DNA of 31,825 nucleotides, from IMG/VR virus record IMGVR_UViG_3300020042_002633, positions 1 through 31,825 of that record. One strand, written 5' to 3'. The DNA comes from a virus (taxonomy: Duplodnaviria; Caudoviricetes). Both the position numbers and the translations under genes were made by a program. A model generated the notes under the pieces. It did not search any database, was not told the DNA's origin, and saw only the letters and a list, made by a program, of their open reading frames with translations. This document shows positions 5,981-15,600 of this stretch, piece after piece; within the stretch, counting starts at the first letter, position 1, and each line of letters begins with the position of its first letter.

Positions 5981-6855
5981 TCCTTACCAACAAGCACAAC
6001 CTGCCGCAGACGTTCGTTAACGTACTGCGCCGCCCTACCTACTCCAAAGGTAAGGCCAACATATCGGCTACAGAGCTGATCTCTTCCCCCCGTATCGTCC
6101 AGCTGCGGAAGATGCACGCAGACGAGATAGAGCAGGACGTAAGCGATATGGTCTGGTCTATCTTTGGCACGGCCATACACGGCGTCTTAGAACATGGTAG
6201 AGATGACCACCACCTTGTGGAGGAGCGCCTGCATACCGTGGTTGATGGCTGGTCTATATCAGGTGCTATAGATCTGCAGATCGTCAACGAGGATGACACC
6301 ATCACCGTCAACGACTACAAGACTGTTGGGGCTTGGTCGGTGATGAACGAGAAGATCGACTGGGAGCTGCAGCTAAACATCTATGCATGGCTTGTCCGCA
6401 AGGTAAAGAAGGCCGATGTAAGCAAGCTGGAGATCGTAGCCATCATCCGCGATTGGAGCCGCCGAGACGCAGCAGTCAAGGCCAGCTACCCAGACGCCCC
6501 AGTGAAGGTGATCCCCATTCGGCTCTGGTCTTACGAAGAGCAGCAAGACTTTGTAGAAGGCCGTATCTCGATGCACTCCAACGCATTGTTTGATATGGAT
6601 ACAGGAGATGAACTACCGCACTGCACCCCTACAGAAACTTGGGAGAAGCAGACTACCTATGCGGTCAAAAAGATTGGTGGAGTTAAGGCGCGCAACGTCT
6701 GCGACACCAGTGAGGAAGCTCAAACCAAGGTGGCTGAGTACGGAAAAGAGTACGAGATTGAGGTGCGTCTAGGTGAACGGACGCGCTGCGCCAACTTCTG
6801 TTCAGTCAGTAGATGGTGCAATCAGTACCAAGACTATCTTAAAACCAAGGAGTAA
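5977..6855 (+). CDS. PD-(D/E)XK exonuclease (RecB/Cas4-like fold)
   Basis: ISATEL, GTAIHGVLE, SGAIDL...DYKT, QLNIY motifs and a C-terminal CxxxCxxxxxC. Confidence 0.88.
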   Translation: MILTNKHNLPQTFVNVLRRPTYSKGKANISATELISSPRIVQLRKMHADEIEQDVSDMVWSIFGTAIHGVLEHGRDDHHLVEERLHTVVDGWSISGAIDLQIVNEDDTITVNDYKTVGAWSVMNEKIDWELQLNIYAWLVRKVKKADVSKLEIVAIIRDWSRRDAAVKASYPDAPVKVIPIRLWSYEEQQDFVEGRISMHSNALFDMDTGDELPHCTPTETWEKQTTYAVKKIGGVKARNVCDTSEEAQTKVAEYGKEYEIEVRLGERTRCANFCSVSRWCNQYQDYLKTKE

Positions 6856-6857
6856 GT

Positions 6858-7025
6858 ATGGAAGATTTATGGGCGCCAGCATTGGTCATCTGGATCATTG
6901 CGTCGTGGCTGACGCACATCGTAGTTTGTCTCAAGACAGCGTCTTGGGGCTTTCTTATCGCAGGGGCCATTGTGTTTCCAATCGCTTGGATCCACGGAAC
7001 AGGCATCTGGTTTGGATTTTTTTAA
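6858..7025 (+). CDS. Small integral membrane protein (55 aa)
   Basis: Below the ORF-track cutoff. Hand translation: MEDLWAPALVIWIIASWLTHIVVCLKTASWGFLIAGAIVFPIAWIHGTGIWFGFF. AAGGAG SD; fills the gap between two genes. Confidence 0.82.
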   Translation: MEDLWAPALVIWIIASWLTHIVVCLKTASWGFLIAGAIVFPIAWIHGTGIWFGFF

Positions 7026-7034
7026 AGGAAGAGA

Positions 7035-7763
7035 ATGATACATAACAAACTGATGGTGTCCCGCATACGGCTGCAGGGAACCGAGTTGAGGAAGACCGGG
7101 CAGAACAAGTTCGCCGGTTATAGTTACTTTGAACTGGGGGACTTCCTCCCAGCGATCCAGACCATCATGGCTGAGGTTGGGATCTGCGGCGTTGTCTCTT
7201 ACACGAATGAGTACGCTGTACTCACTCTCACTGATATAGACGATGGCACTCAGATCATCATCACCAGCCCTATGTCTAAGGCAGAGTTGAAGGGAGCCCA
7301 CCCTATCCAGAACCTGGGGGCAGTGGAGACTTACCAGCGCCGCTACCTATGGATGACGGCTATGGAGATCGTAGAGCACGATGCACTGGACTCATCTAAA
7401 CCAGCAGACAAAGTTCCTCAAGAAGACGATGAGGAAGTGGCTGCGCGCTTGTCTGTGGCTGAGCCCCCCAAGAAGCCTAAGTTCACGGCTCGCGTAAGGG
7501 GTGATGTACTGCCTCCGCCCTACGTTGAAACGTCCCCAGAGTGGACTATAACAATCCACGCTGAAGACCCAGTAGCTCATAACGAGCTACTGATTGCCGC
7601 CACAAAACTGAAGCTCACCTTTGCCAAAAGCGAAGATGATGTGACAGAGATGTTCAAGGTTAACCGACCTTTGTATGGCGCGGCAAAACTGGATTCCCCA
7701 GAAACGTATGGCGAGCTCATGGATATGTTTAAAGAAACAAAGAAAAAATTTAAGGATCAATGA
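7035..7763 (+). CDS. erf: ERF-family single-strand annealing protein
   Basis: N-terminal GQNKFAGYSYFELGD and the ERF motif GAVETYQRRY...EHDALD; adjacent to the exonuclease gene. Confidence 0.88.
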   Translation: MIHNKLMVSRIRLQGTELRKTGQNKFAGYSYFELGDFLPAIQTIMAEVGICGVVSYTNEYAVLTLTDIDDGTQIIITSPMSKAELKGAHPIQNLGAVETYQRRYLWMTAMEIVEHDALDSSKPADKVPQEDDEEVAARLSVAEPPKKPKFTARVRGDVLPPPYVETSPEWTITIHAEDPVAHNELLIAATKLKLTFAKSEDDVTEMFKVNRPLYGAAKLDSPETYGELMDMFKETKKKFKDQ

Positions 7764-8017
7764 TGGATTACCCAAATAGTGGTTTGTTACTTACCAACAC
7801 CAAAAAGACTGCAGACAATCAGCCGGACATGACAGGCGACATAAAGATGGAGCGTGACTATCTACTGGACTTGATTGACAGGGCCGAGGATGAAGTCATT
7901 GTTATCAAGCTTGGCGCTTGGCTGAAGAAAGACAGGAACGGCAATCGCATGGTTTCCCTTAAAGCGGATGCCAATGCAAAACCAAAAGCAACACAGAAGG
8001 ATCCTTGGGATGACTAA
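7760..8017 (+). CDS. Small SSB-like protein
   Basis: NSGLL.TN..K...QPDMTG...AWLK...SLK pattern with an acidic/aromatic tail (DPWDD); follows the ERF gene. Confidence 0.65.
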   Translation: MMDYPNSGLLLTNTKKTADNQPDMTGDIKMERDYLLDLIDRAEDEVIVIKLGAWLKKDRNGNRMVSLKADANAKPKATQKDPWDD

Positions 8018-8282
8018 AGTTAAAAAACCTACGACTGTTGCAGAGTGGGAAAAGGTTTGCAGCAACCTGAATGCGGCGCTTACTCAATCAATTGCGCATG
8101 AGGATAGGCTCAAAGAGGAGATTGAAGAGCTGGAGCGGCAGCTTGAAGTTTGCGATGAGGAGACTGATGTGGAGGTTGAGCAACTTGAGGAGCAGTTAAC
8201 TATGTCTGTTGGCGTAATCAAGTACTTGGAGATGAAACTTGAACAGGCTACGCAGCTCAAAATATCTGGGGGCAAAGATTGA
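8010..8282 (+). CDS. Acidic coiled-coil hypothetical protein
   Basis: The ATG at 8010 overlaps the end of the previous gene; heptad pattern. Confidence 0.75.
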   Translation: MTKVKKPTTVAEWEKVCSNLNAALTQSIAHEDRLKEEIEELERQLEVCDEETDVEVEQLEEQLTMSVGVIKYLEMKLEQATQLKISGGKD

Positions 8283-8701
8283 CCGAACCAATCCAGTTTG
8301 AAGGCATCAAGACTGGGTTGAAACAGTCCAAGGACGGCTATGTGTTAACGATGGCCGTCCATCCTGATGACCTGCCTGACGACCTAATGCGAGACTTTGT
8401 TGGCTCGCGTTATGTAGTGGTCATGGTTCGACTTGGCGATGATGAGAGGCCAATGAACCGCGACAATGAGTTTCCGGGCGACCATGCCGTAAAGATGGCT
8501 GGAATGCTCTGCCGAGATCCTGAGTTCTGGGAATGGCTGCACCAGAAGGATTTGCTGATGACCAAGAGCGAGAAAGAATGCGCTACCTGGCTCAGTGAGT
8601 ACTTAGGCATAGAGTCCCGCAAGGAGCTCAAGCTTAATGAGGACGCCCGAGATTTATTTAACAGACTCAAGGCAAGCTTTGAGGCATGGAGGAAAACATG
8701 A
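8279..8701 (+). CDS. Hypothetical phage protein
   Basis: TTG start in a TTGA overlap; globular composition; coupled to the next gene. Confidence 0.78.
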   Translation: MTEPIQFEGIKTGLKQSKDGYVLTMAVHPDDLPDDLMRDFVGSRYVVVMVRLGDDERPMNRDNEFPGDHAVKMAGMLCRDPEFWEWLHQKDLLMTKSEKECATWLSEYLGIESRKELKLNEDARDLFNRLKASFEAWRKT

Positions 8702-8970
8702 AAAAATTAGTACCGTACAGCGTCTACCTGCCGATTGAGCACTACGAAAAGATCAAGGTACTTGCGTCTCAGCGTAAGGCTTCTGCAATGGTGCGTGATG
8801 CCATCTGCATGATCTTAGATGGCAACGATGCCTACAAGGCTGGATACAACAAAGCCTTGCGAGACTGCGTAAAGCGCATTAATGAGGTAAAGGAGATCGA
8901 GCACATTGCAGTCCAAGGAAAGTACCTTAGCACCCTTCTATCGGAAGACATTGAATCAATGGAGCTCTAA
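8698..8970 (+). CDS. Ribbon-helix-helix-like DNA-binding protein
   Basis: PYSVYLP strand followed by two helices (EHYEKIKVLA, ASAMVRDAI). GGAGG SD, ATG at 8698. Confidence 0.65.
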   Translation: MKKLVPYSVYLPIEHYEKIKVLASQRKASAMVRDAICMILDGNDAYKAGYNKALRDCVKRINEVKEIEHIAVQGKYLSTLLSEDIESMEL

Positions 8971-9182
8971 TGGAAACGTTCAAACAAATGCAGGATGCCA
9001 TCTATGCATCTGTCGCAAACACCCCTTGCGATGATCCTATGGACGCCGTAATGGCCCTTTGCTGCGTTATGTGCGACATCTTGGTACAGATCAAGATGGA
9101 CGATAACCAACAGGTCTGCGGCGCCGTTATGAAATCCCTGGAGATGGCTAGGGAAGCATACAAATCACAGGAGATCCACTAA
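8970..9182 (+). CDS. Hypothetical helical protein
   Basis: TAATG coupling and GGAG SD. Confidence 0.75.
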   Translation: METFKQMQDAIYASVANTPCDDPMDAVMALCCVMCDILVQIKMDDNQQVCGAVMKSLEMAREAYKSQEIH

Positions 9183-9376
9183 TGACTGAGCACGAAGAGA
9201 ACCTACGCGACTTGGCTGCGATGTTTGCAATGACTGGACTATTAATGCGGGGTGATCACGACTACCAGATTATTTCTACTGCATTTGAAATAGCCGATGA
9301 GTACATGATTGGACGCAAGCCTGAAGGCGGTATAGCTGCAATCAAGAAGCGCAAAAAGAATGTACCGGAATCGTAA
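9182..9376 (+). CDS. Hypothetical protein, LRDxxAxxAM type (distantly like 5481-5690)
   Basis: LRDLAAMFAMTGLL...AFEIADEYM; TAATG coupling; AGGAG SD. Confidence 0.78.
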   Translation: MTEHEENLRDLAAMFAMTGLLMRGDHDYQIISTAFEIADEYMIGRKPEGGIAAIKKRKKNVPES

Positions 9377-9647
9377 GCTACTAGACGCTGCGCGAGAGTT
9401 GCCCTGCCAACACTGTGGTATCCAAGACGGTACGGTAGTGGCTGCTCATAGCAATCAGATGCGCGATGGCAAGGGCCGCAGCCTTAAAGCGAATGATTAC
9501 AGGATTGCGTCACTCTGCTTTAAGTGCCACTCCGAACTAGACCAGGGAGCACAGATGAGTAAGGCCGAGCGTCTTGAGATGTGGGAGGAGGCACACCGCA
9601 GGACTATCGGCCAACTCTTTGAGAACGGAATCATTGGCGTTTTATAA
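9360..9647 (+). CDS. DUF1364/YbcO-like zinc-binding HNH-type nuclease
   Basis: PCQHCG...VVAAHSN...GKG...K.ND...LCFKCH..LD pattern. Confidence 0.8.
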   Translation: MYRNRKLLDAARELPCQHCGIQDGTVVAAHSNQMRDGKGRSLKANDYRIASLCFKCHSELDQGAQMSKAERLEMWEEAHRRTIGQLFENGIIGVL

Positions 9648-12600
9648 CGTCCCTGTTGAAGGCTTCCATTATTTCTTTGATGCGCTCATCCTTTCGTTTA
9701 ACTTGGGCGTCTGGTGAGTTCTTCTCTATCAGCGCCTTCTTCTCTTTCTTCAAGCGCGAAACTTCATTCTCGACATAGTTGGCTCGATGCCGTAACTGAG
9801 CTGCAGGGTTTTCTTTAATGTACTCAGCTACGCCTTTGCCTTTCATGTCCCTGATGATGTTCTCATGCCTAGACATCTCAATGACGTTATCGTAGAACTT
9901 ACCGGCGATAGCAGCTGGCGCATTGATATCGCCGTATACCTTTCCAACAACCGGCACTTGGTAAGCCTGGACATCCTCACCCACTATTTTTGACTTTGCA
10001 TACTCGTAAGTTTGGATGCCAAGCTTTCCAACGCCGCCAGTATATTGGGCTGTAATGTAGCTAAGCTGATCGGCTGTTGGGCTAACTAAGCCAATGTCTT
10101 TCTCTCCTCCACCAGTGATGTAGTTCAAGCCATAGGCAATTGCTTGACTCAAGCCATTAGCAGAATCCCGGCTCCGCATATAACCTGGGGTAGGTGAGAG
10201 CGCTATGGCTTCTTTGGAGATGGGACGACCAAATGCATCTTTGTTTTCTGCAACTGCAACAAATGGATCAACAGCAGTAGGTGCTAATGTTTGAGCAAAC
10301 GTGCTTGATCCAAGAGGGTTAAAAGCTGTAAATATTGCAGCGCCAACGTAGGTAACAGTCTTCTTAAGATCACGTTTACCTTTCATTGCGCCAGATTGAA
10401 CCATCATGTACTCAGACACAACGCGCCCAATATTGGGAAATACATTTAATCCCAAAGGCATAGGAACCGCGATGTACTTCCCGTCCCCGGTAGGGAAGAT
10501 AAAGTTCTTAGACTTGATCCACTCAGGAGGTTCATCTGGCCCAAAACCAGCCATAGCCAAGAAAGCCGTTTGGGCTACACCAATCAACATGCCTCCAGCA
10601 ACAATCTTCTTGCCGGTAGGGCTCAAACGCATCTTGCCGTTTGCATCCTTGGTAAACAGGGTTTCAATCAACCTAGCTGTACCTTGAACGCTCGCGTTAA
10701 AGAAGGCATACAAAGCACCAATTGATGCAGTGTTTGCCCCTTTGCGGTTAAAGTTGACGGTAATGTTTTTGGCTAAGCTTGCAGCACGGTCTACACTTAA
10801 ACCCTCATCCAACGCGGCTTTGAATGCAGCCAGACGCACTGCGTTTTCTAGCGCATCGTTGTAGGCTGACAGTTGATCAAATACAAAGTACGCCCATTTT
10901 TTAGCAGTGCCACGGTCTAAAGTTCCAAGCTCGCGGGCAACAATTGTTTCTTTGCCTTTGCCTTTGCTGAATTGATCTCGGAATCCTGTTTGACCACCAG
11001 CCTGCTGGAATTGCTCAAACAAATCCATCCACCCTTGCATCTCTGGGCTAGTTGCACTTTTACCATTCAACGCCCGGAAAATTGTTCTAGGAACAAGGCC
11101 AGCTTTCTTTGTGGCATCGTTGACAACTTGGAGCTTACGGTCAGCAATAGGTGTGCTGGACAAGTTGATTGCAGCACCCTGTATGTCACGCACAAAGTTG
11201 AATGCGCCAAACACTGGGTTGTACTGCGTACTTGCAGCCGCAATGAATCGAGTTACTTCAGCCACAGTGCTAAGAGCTTCATCCATTTGCTGGACATCAA
11301 GGTTCTTCAGCGACTCCACCATGCGCTTGGCATTTGGGTTGCCTGGGTTAAAGAACACAAAGCGGTCTTCACCATTGATACGGACAGGGAATACGTTAGC
11401 CGAGTTACGCAGCGCAGCATTCACCTCGTACTTCACCAGACCCGTTGTCTTATCAATCCGGCCAGTCTTTGGCTCTTGGATGATGTTATTGGCATCAGTT
11501 GGAGATATCCCTAGGCCAATCAATTCAGCAACAAGCTTCTTCTTGTTTTTGATAGCGTCAGGATTGATAGCCATCCAGAAGTTGGGATTGGGGTTTGTAA
11601 TAGCCAGAGCGTATATAGCACGGCCAACGCGGGCTTTCTCTGCTCGCACAATGGCACGCTCACGCTGGAGAGCGATGTTGCCAAAGATATCGGTAACAGT
11701 CTTAAGAGAGCCTATTGCCAGTTTTCCAGATGGCCCTTTAACAGCAAACCCTTGGCCCATACCACTTGTCGCATTGACATAGTCGAGCTCATCAGGATCC
11801 CGATTAAGAGGAACATAGAACGGTAGGTTCTTGCGCCAGCCATCAATGGTTTCTTGTTTATCAAGGCCAGAAGAAACCAGCAACTCTTGGGTTTCTTTAA
11901 CAAACTTATCAGCCGTTTTTGCAAGTTCGTCGTACTTATCCTTAGTTTCTTTACTCAGCGACTTCATGTAGTCGCGTGCTTCTTGCGTAAAGATACCAGA
12001 GCCACCGTCAGGCATTTCAGGGTTGCGTAGAGCAATGAACTCGTTGCGGGTTTCCGCGTGTCGGTTGTGCAAGTACTCTTCAAAGTCTTGCAACTTAACG
12101 CCCATGTCAACCATCTTTTTAAGGAAAGGACGCAGCTCGTTCTTCAAGAAATCTGTAGTCTGCTTAGCAGTCCTGCCGTGGAACAACTCTTCTTGCAGGT
12201 AAGGATCCCAGGCATCTTCAATACGGCCTACTTCATTGGTGATGGCCTCTACGACACGCTTGGTATCAACGTGCTTATCTTGCAGGCGGTAGAGCCAGTA
12301 ATCTATTTTGGACTCACTGGCTGCTTGCCATGTAGCTAACGGTGCTGCCCCACCTTTGTAGTTACGGCGCACGTTCTGGTTCAGCAGCGAGAAGCTTTCT
12401 TGAAGAACGTAGTCATTCAATACTTTGTTTGTATTCCTGTCGGTGGTTCCATTCATCACTTGGCTAAAAGCTTTGTGGATAGCCGACTGGTTATCAAACC
12501 CAAACATATCTTTCAAGGCTTCTAAAAGCCCCTTAGCGGACAGCACAAAGCGATCCCAGCCAGAGCCAAGCTTGCGGGCCATCAGCTTCTCTGCGTTGAC

Positions 12601-15600
12601 TGCCCAGTACTCGGAAGGGTTTAGGTACTGGTAGTAGGAATAGTTTGGTAGCAGGCGAATAGCTCGCTTGAAACTTTCTTCATTTGGATCTTCAAAGAAG
12701 TCCAGTACGGCGCGGAAGTATCCTTGAGCCTTGAGAGATTTTTCTTTCTTGATGGCTGCGCTTAGCTTTTCTTTCCAATCCTTAACGATGGATTGAGCGG
12801 CTTCAGGACTCATCATCTGCTCAAGAGAGTGGGTTATCTCATGGCGGATAGTTACTGGGTCAGAGGTTCCAACTGTACCTTTGTACAAACGCACAATGCG
12901 AGGCAGAGCAAAGAACTGTCCTGATGCACCAGGGTTATCTGCATTCATGCGAACAGAAAACTGCAGCCCCTCAAGCACCTTTGGATGGCGCTGGTACAAG
13001 GTTTGGATGGCCGAGTAAACGTCATCATTGATCTCACTCGCATCCCAAGCCTTGGTTGCATCAGCAAAGAAGTTCTTAGCACTACGGCGCTCTGGCTTGG
13101 TAGCTTTAATCAGGGCACTCAGTTCATCAGCCGTCTTATTGAGAGAGCTAATGGCTTCTTGCTCGTTAAGGCCAGCTTCACCCTTGGCAAACTTGTTAAT
13201 TAAGCCAGTACGCTTTTGACGCAAGCTTTGGAATTGCCGGATCAACTCTGCCCGATCCATAAACCGGTTCTCATCTAGGTTCAAGCGCTGGCTAATTGGC
13301 CCATCATTAATATTAACCATCGGAGGAGTGAATGGCTTGGGAGCAAACAACTTCCTGGCTTCTTCTTTGTTGTTGGCTGCTATTAGCGTGACGCCTTTGT
13401 CTACCAACAGATATTGAACCGCACGCTCCATATCGCCCGAGCCGACATAGGTAACTTTCATTACAGAGCCAGCTTGGTAAAAGTCTCCAATAATGCGGGT
13501 TAGACCTTTATCAAGGAAATAATTACCGCCTAATTTCTTGGAGCTTGCAGTAAAAAAGTCGTAAGCATTGCCTCGTTTAACAATGCGTAAGTTGCTGTCT
13601 TCTGTAATAACAGTGCCATTCCCAAAACTTTCAAAGAAGTTGGTTGCATCATTAACGCTCTTAAGCTTGACCGGTGCGTCCTTCTTGGTCTTCTCAAAGT
13701 CAAAGGTACGCGGCATCAAGATACCTTGGCCTGTAGTTCCATCGTCTTTGGTATAGGACATGATCTGCCCCATGTTGTTGACGGCAGCGTAGCCAGCTAA
13801 GATGTTTCCTGTCACCATCCAGCGCTTCTCACGGCGAACGGTGGCGCCTTTGTCAAATAGATCCATCAGTTGGATGTACTCGCCCTTAACTGTTTCAGGG
13901 TTGAGCCAGTTGATTTCATTTTCCCGCTTGAGGGTATAGGAGCTACCAATCTGAGAAAAGGACAGAGTTATAGTCTTAGCGTCACCATTAGCCAAGGCAA
14001 TCTGCATCTTCCAGTCAGAGCCCGCTACTGGGTTCTTGGTCTTCTTGCTGTTGGTAATGTTGGTGATAGCACCATAGATAAACACGCCGTTGGTGTTCTT
14101 GATTGAGATGCCAGACCCAATGGGGAATGCCTCTATAACAGACCGGACATGGCTGGCCTGAGCGCTGATCTGGCTGTTGATAGTGTCAGCTTTAACAGTG
14201 TCTTCACCAATAACGGCTCCAACGCGCTCGTCAATGTACTCGCGGACACGTTCATTTAAACCTTGAAACAGGTTCTTGCCAAACTCGCTAACTGTCTTAC
14301 CGTCCAGGTTGTCTTTGACCTGCTCTTTTACTTCGTTTTGAGAGAACGGCTTAACAGTACGCTTAACGTCGACCTTTTCCATGTAGGCAGGCTTACCAAA
14401 GTCTGACTGAGTACCCTTGTCTTCAGTGATGGCCTCAGAAGACATGGTAAAGGCATCAAGATCAGAAGCTTTGGATTCCAGCTTGTTAGTTCCCATGCTT
14501 TCCTCGCGGGCAACCAACTCGTTGTAACGCTCAATCAGGTCTTTGTAAACCTCTTCCTGCTGCTTGATAGGCAAGATAGGGATGTAACCCGTCAAGCGGC
14601 GAATATCGTTTTCAGTGGCTTCTGTTGGGTCATCCATCAACTCAACGATCCGCTTGCCGCCAATGTCTTCATAAACCTCTGGGTTGTCGCGCAAGTATTC
14701 TTGAGCCACTTGACCACCGTAGTCATTCATAAAGTCAACTGCGCCTTCAGCAGATACAGCCGATTTACGAGAGCCGGTAGTGTTGGCGTTCAAGGATGCC
14801 ATCTTCTTCAACAGGACGGCAGCAGGGCGCATCTCGGCAGGGATGTCAGCCATCATCTGCGAGTAAGCGGGCGGCATGACTTGACCAGTGCGGTGAACAC
14901 GGCCCAGCATCTGCATGTGTGTGTCAATGTTCTTCTCTGGCTGAACAATGATCATGTGACGCTTGCGCTGATCTTTTACCTTGTTGGAAGCATGGAGCGA
15001 CAGACCAGTAGAACCAGCTTGGTTTAGGATGATTACATCAACTGTGCCTTTGTTAAAGTTCTTTACCGCATTAACACGTTGCTTAATGTTGGCAGAGCGA
15101 GAGGTCAACAATGGCTTACCGCTTGAGTAATTCAACGTCAGGGTGCGGCCAGTAATTTCTTCTGTTTTGTAACCAGCTTTATTCAACTCGTTGTGAAGGT
15201 AATCAATGGGAGAGATGGGGGCCGAACCAAATCCAGCTTCATCAATAAACTCTTGGATTGCATTGAACTGTTCAGTCAAAGTTTTACCAAGATCGTCATC
15301 TGTCAGGCGGTACTCTTCTGCTACACCGCCCGGCTTCTTGATCTTAATGATGCGCTGTTTTTCCAGGTAGCGTTGGTACAGGTCTGCAAACGAAAGATTT
15401 ACTGGATCACCAGTTGCAATGCCCATTTCTTCTGCGTAACTCTGCAGAAATGATCCCATCGTGTTAGAGACGGTCATCACTACTTTTTCACCAGCCTTCA
15501 GCCGTTCAATAGCATGATTAACTGAGTTTTGTACCTTAAGAGATAACAGCATCTGGTCAATCAAGTTATGCATGATTGAGCCAAAGTTGGCGGATTGAAG

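Noticed and set aside
6932-6946. CAAGAC-AGC-GTCTTG as a fourth copy of the palindrome
   Set aside because: The spacer is one base shorter and the arms are only 6 bp, which is plausible by chance.
9631-9647. 17-bp convergent overlap between the early and virion operons with no terminator
   Set aside because: This is common in compact phage genomes and I saw no further signal.
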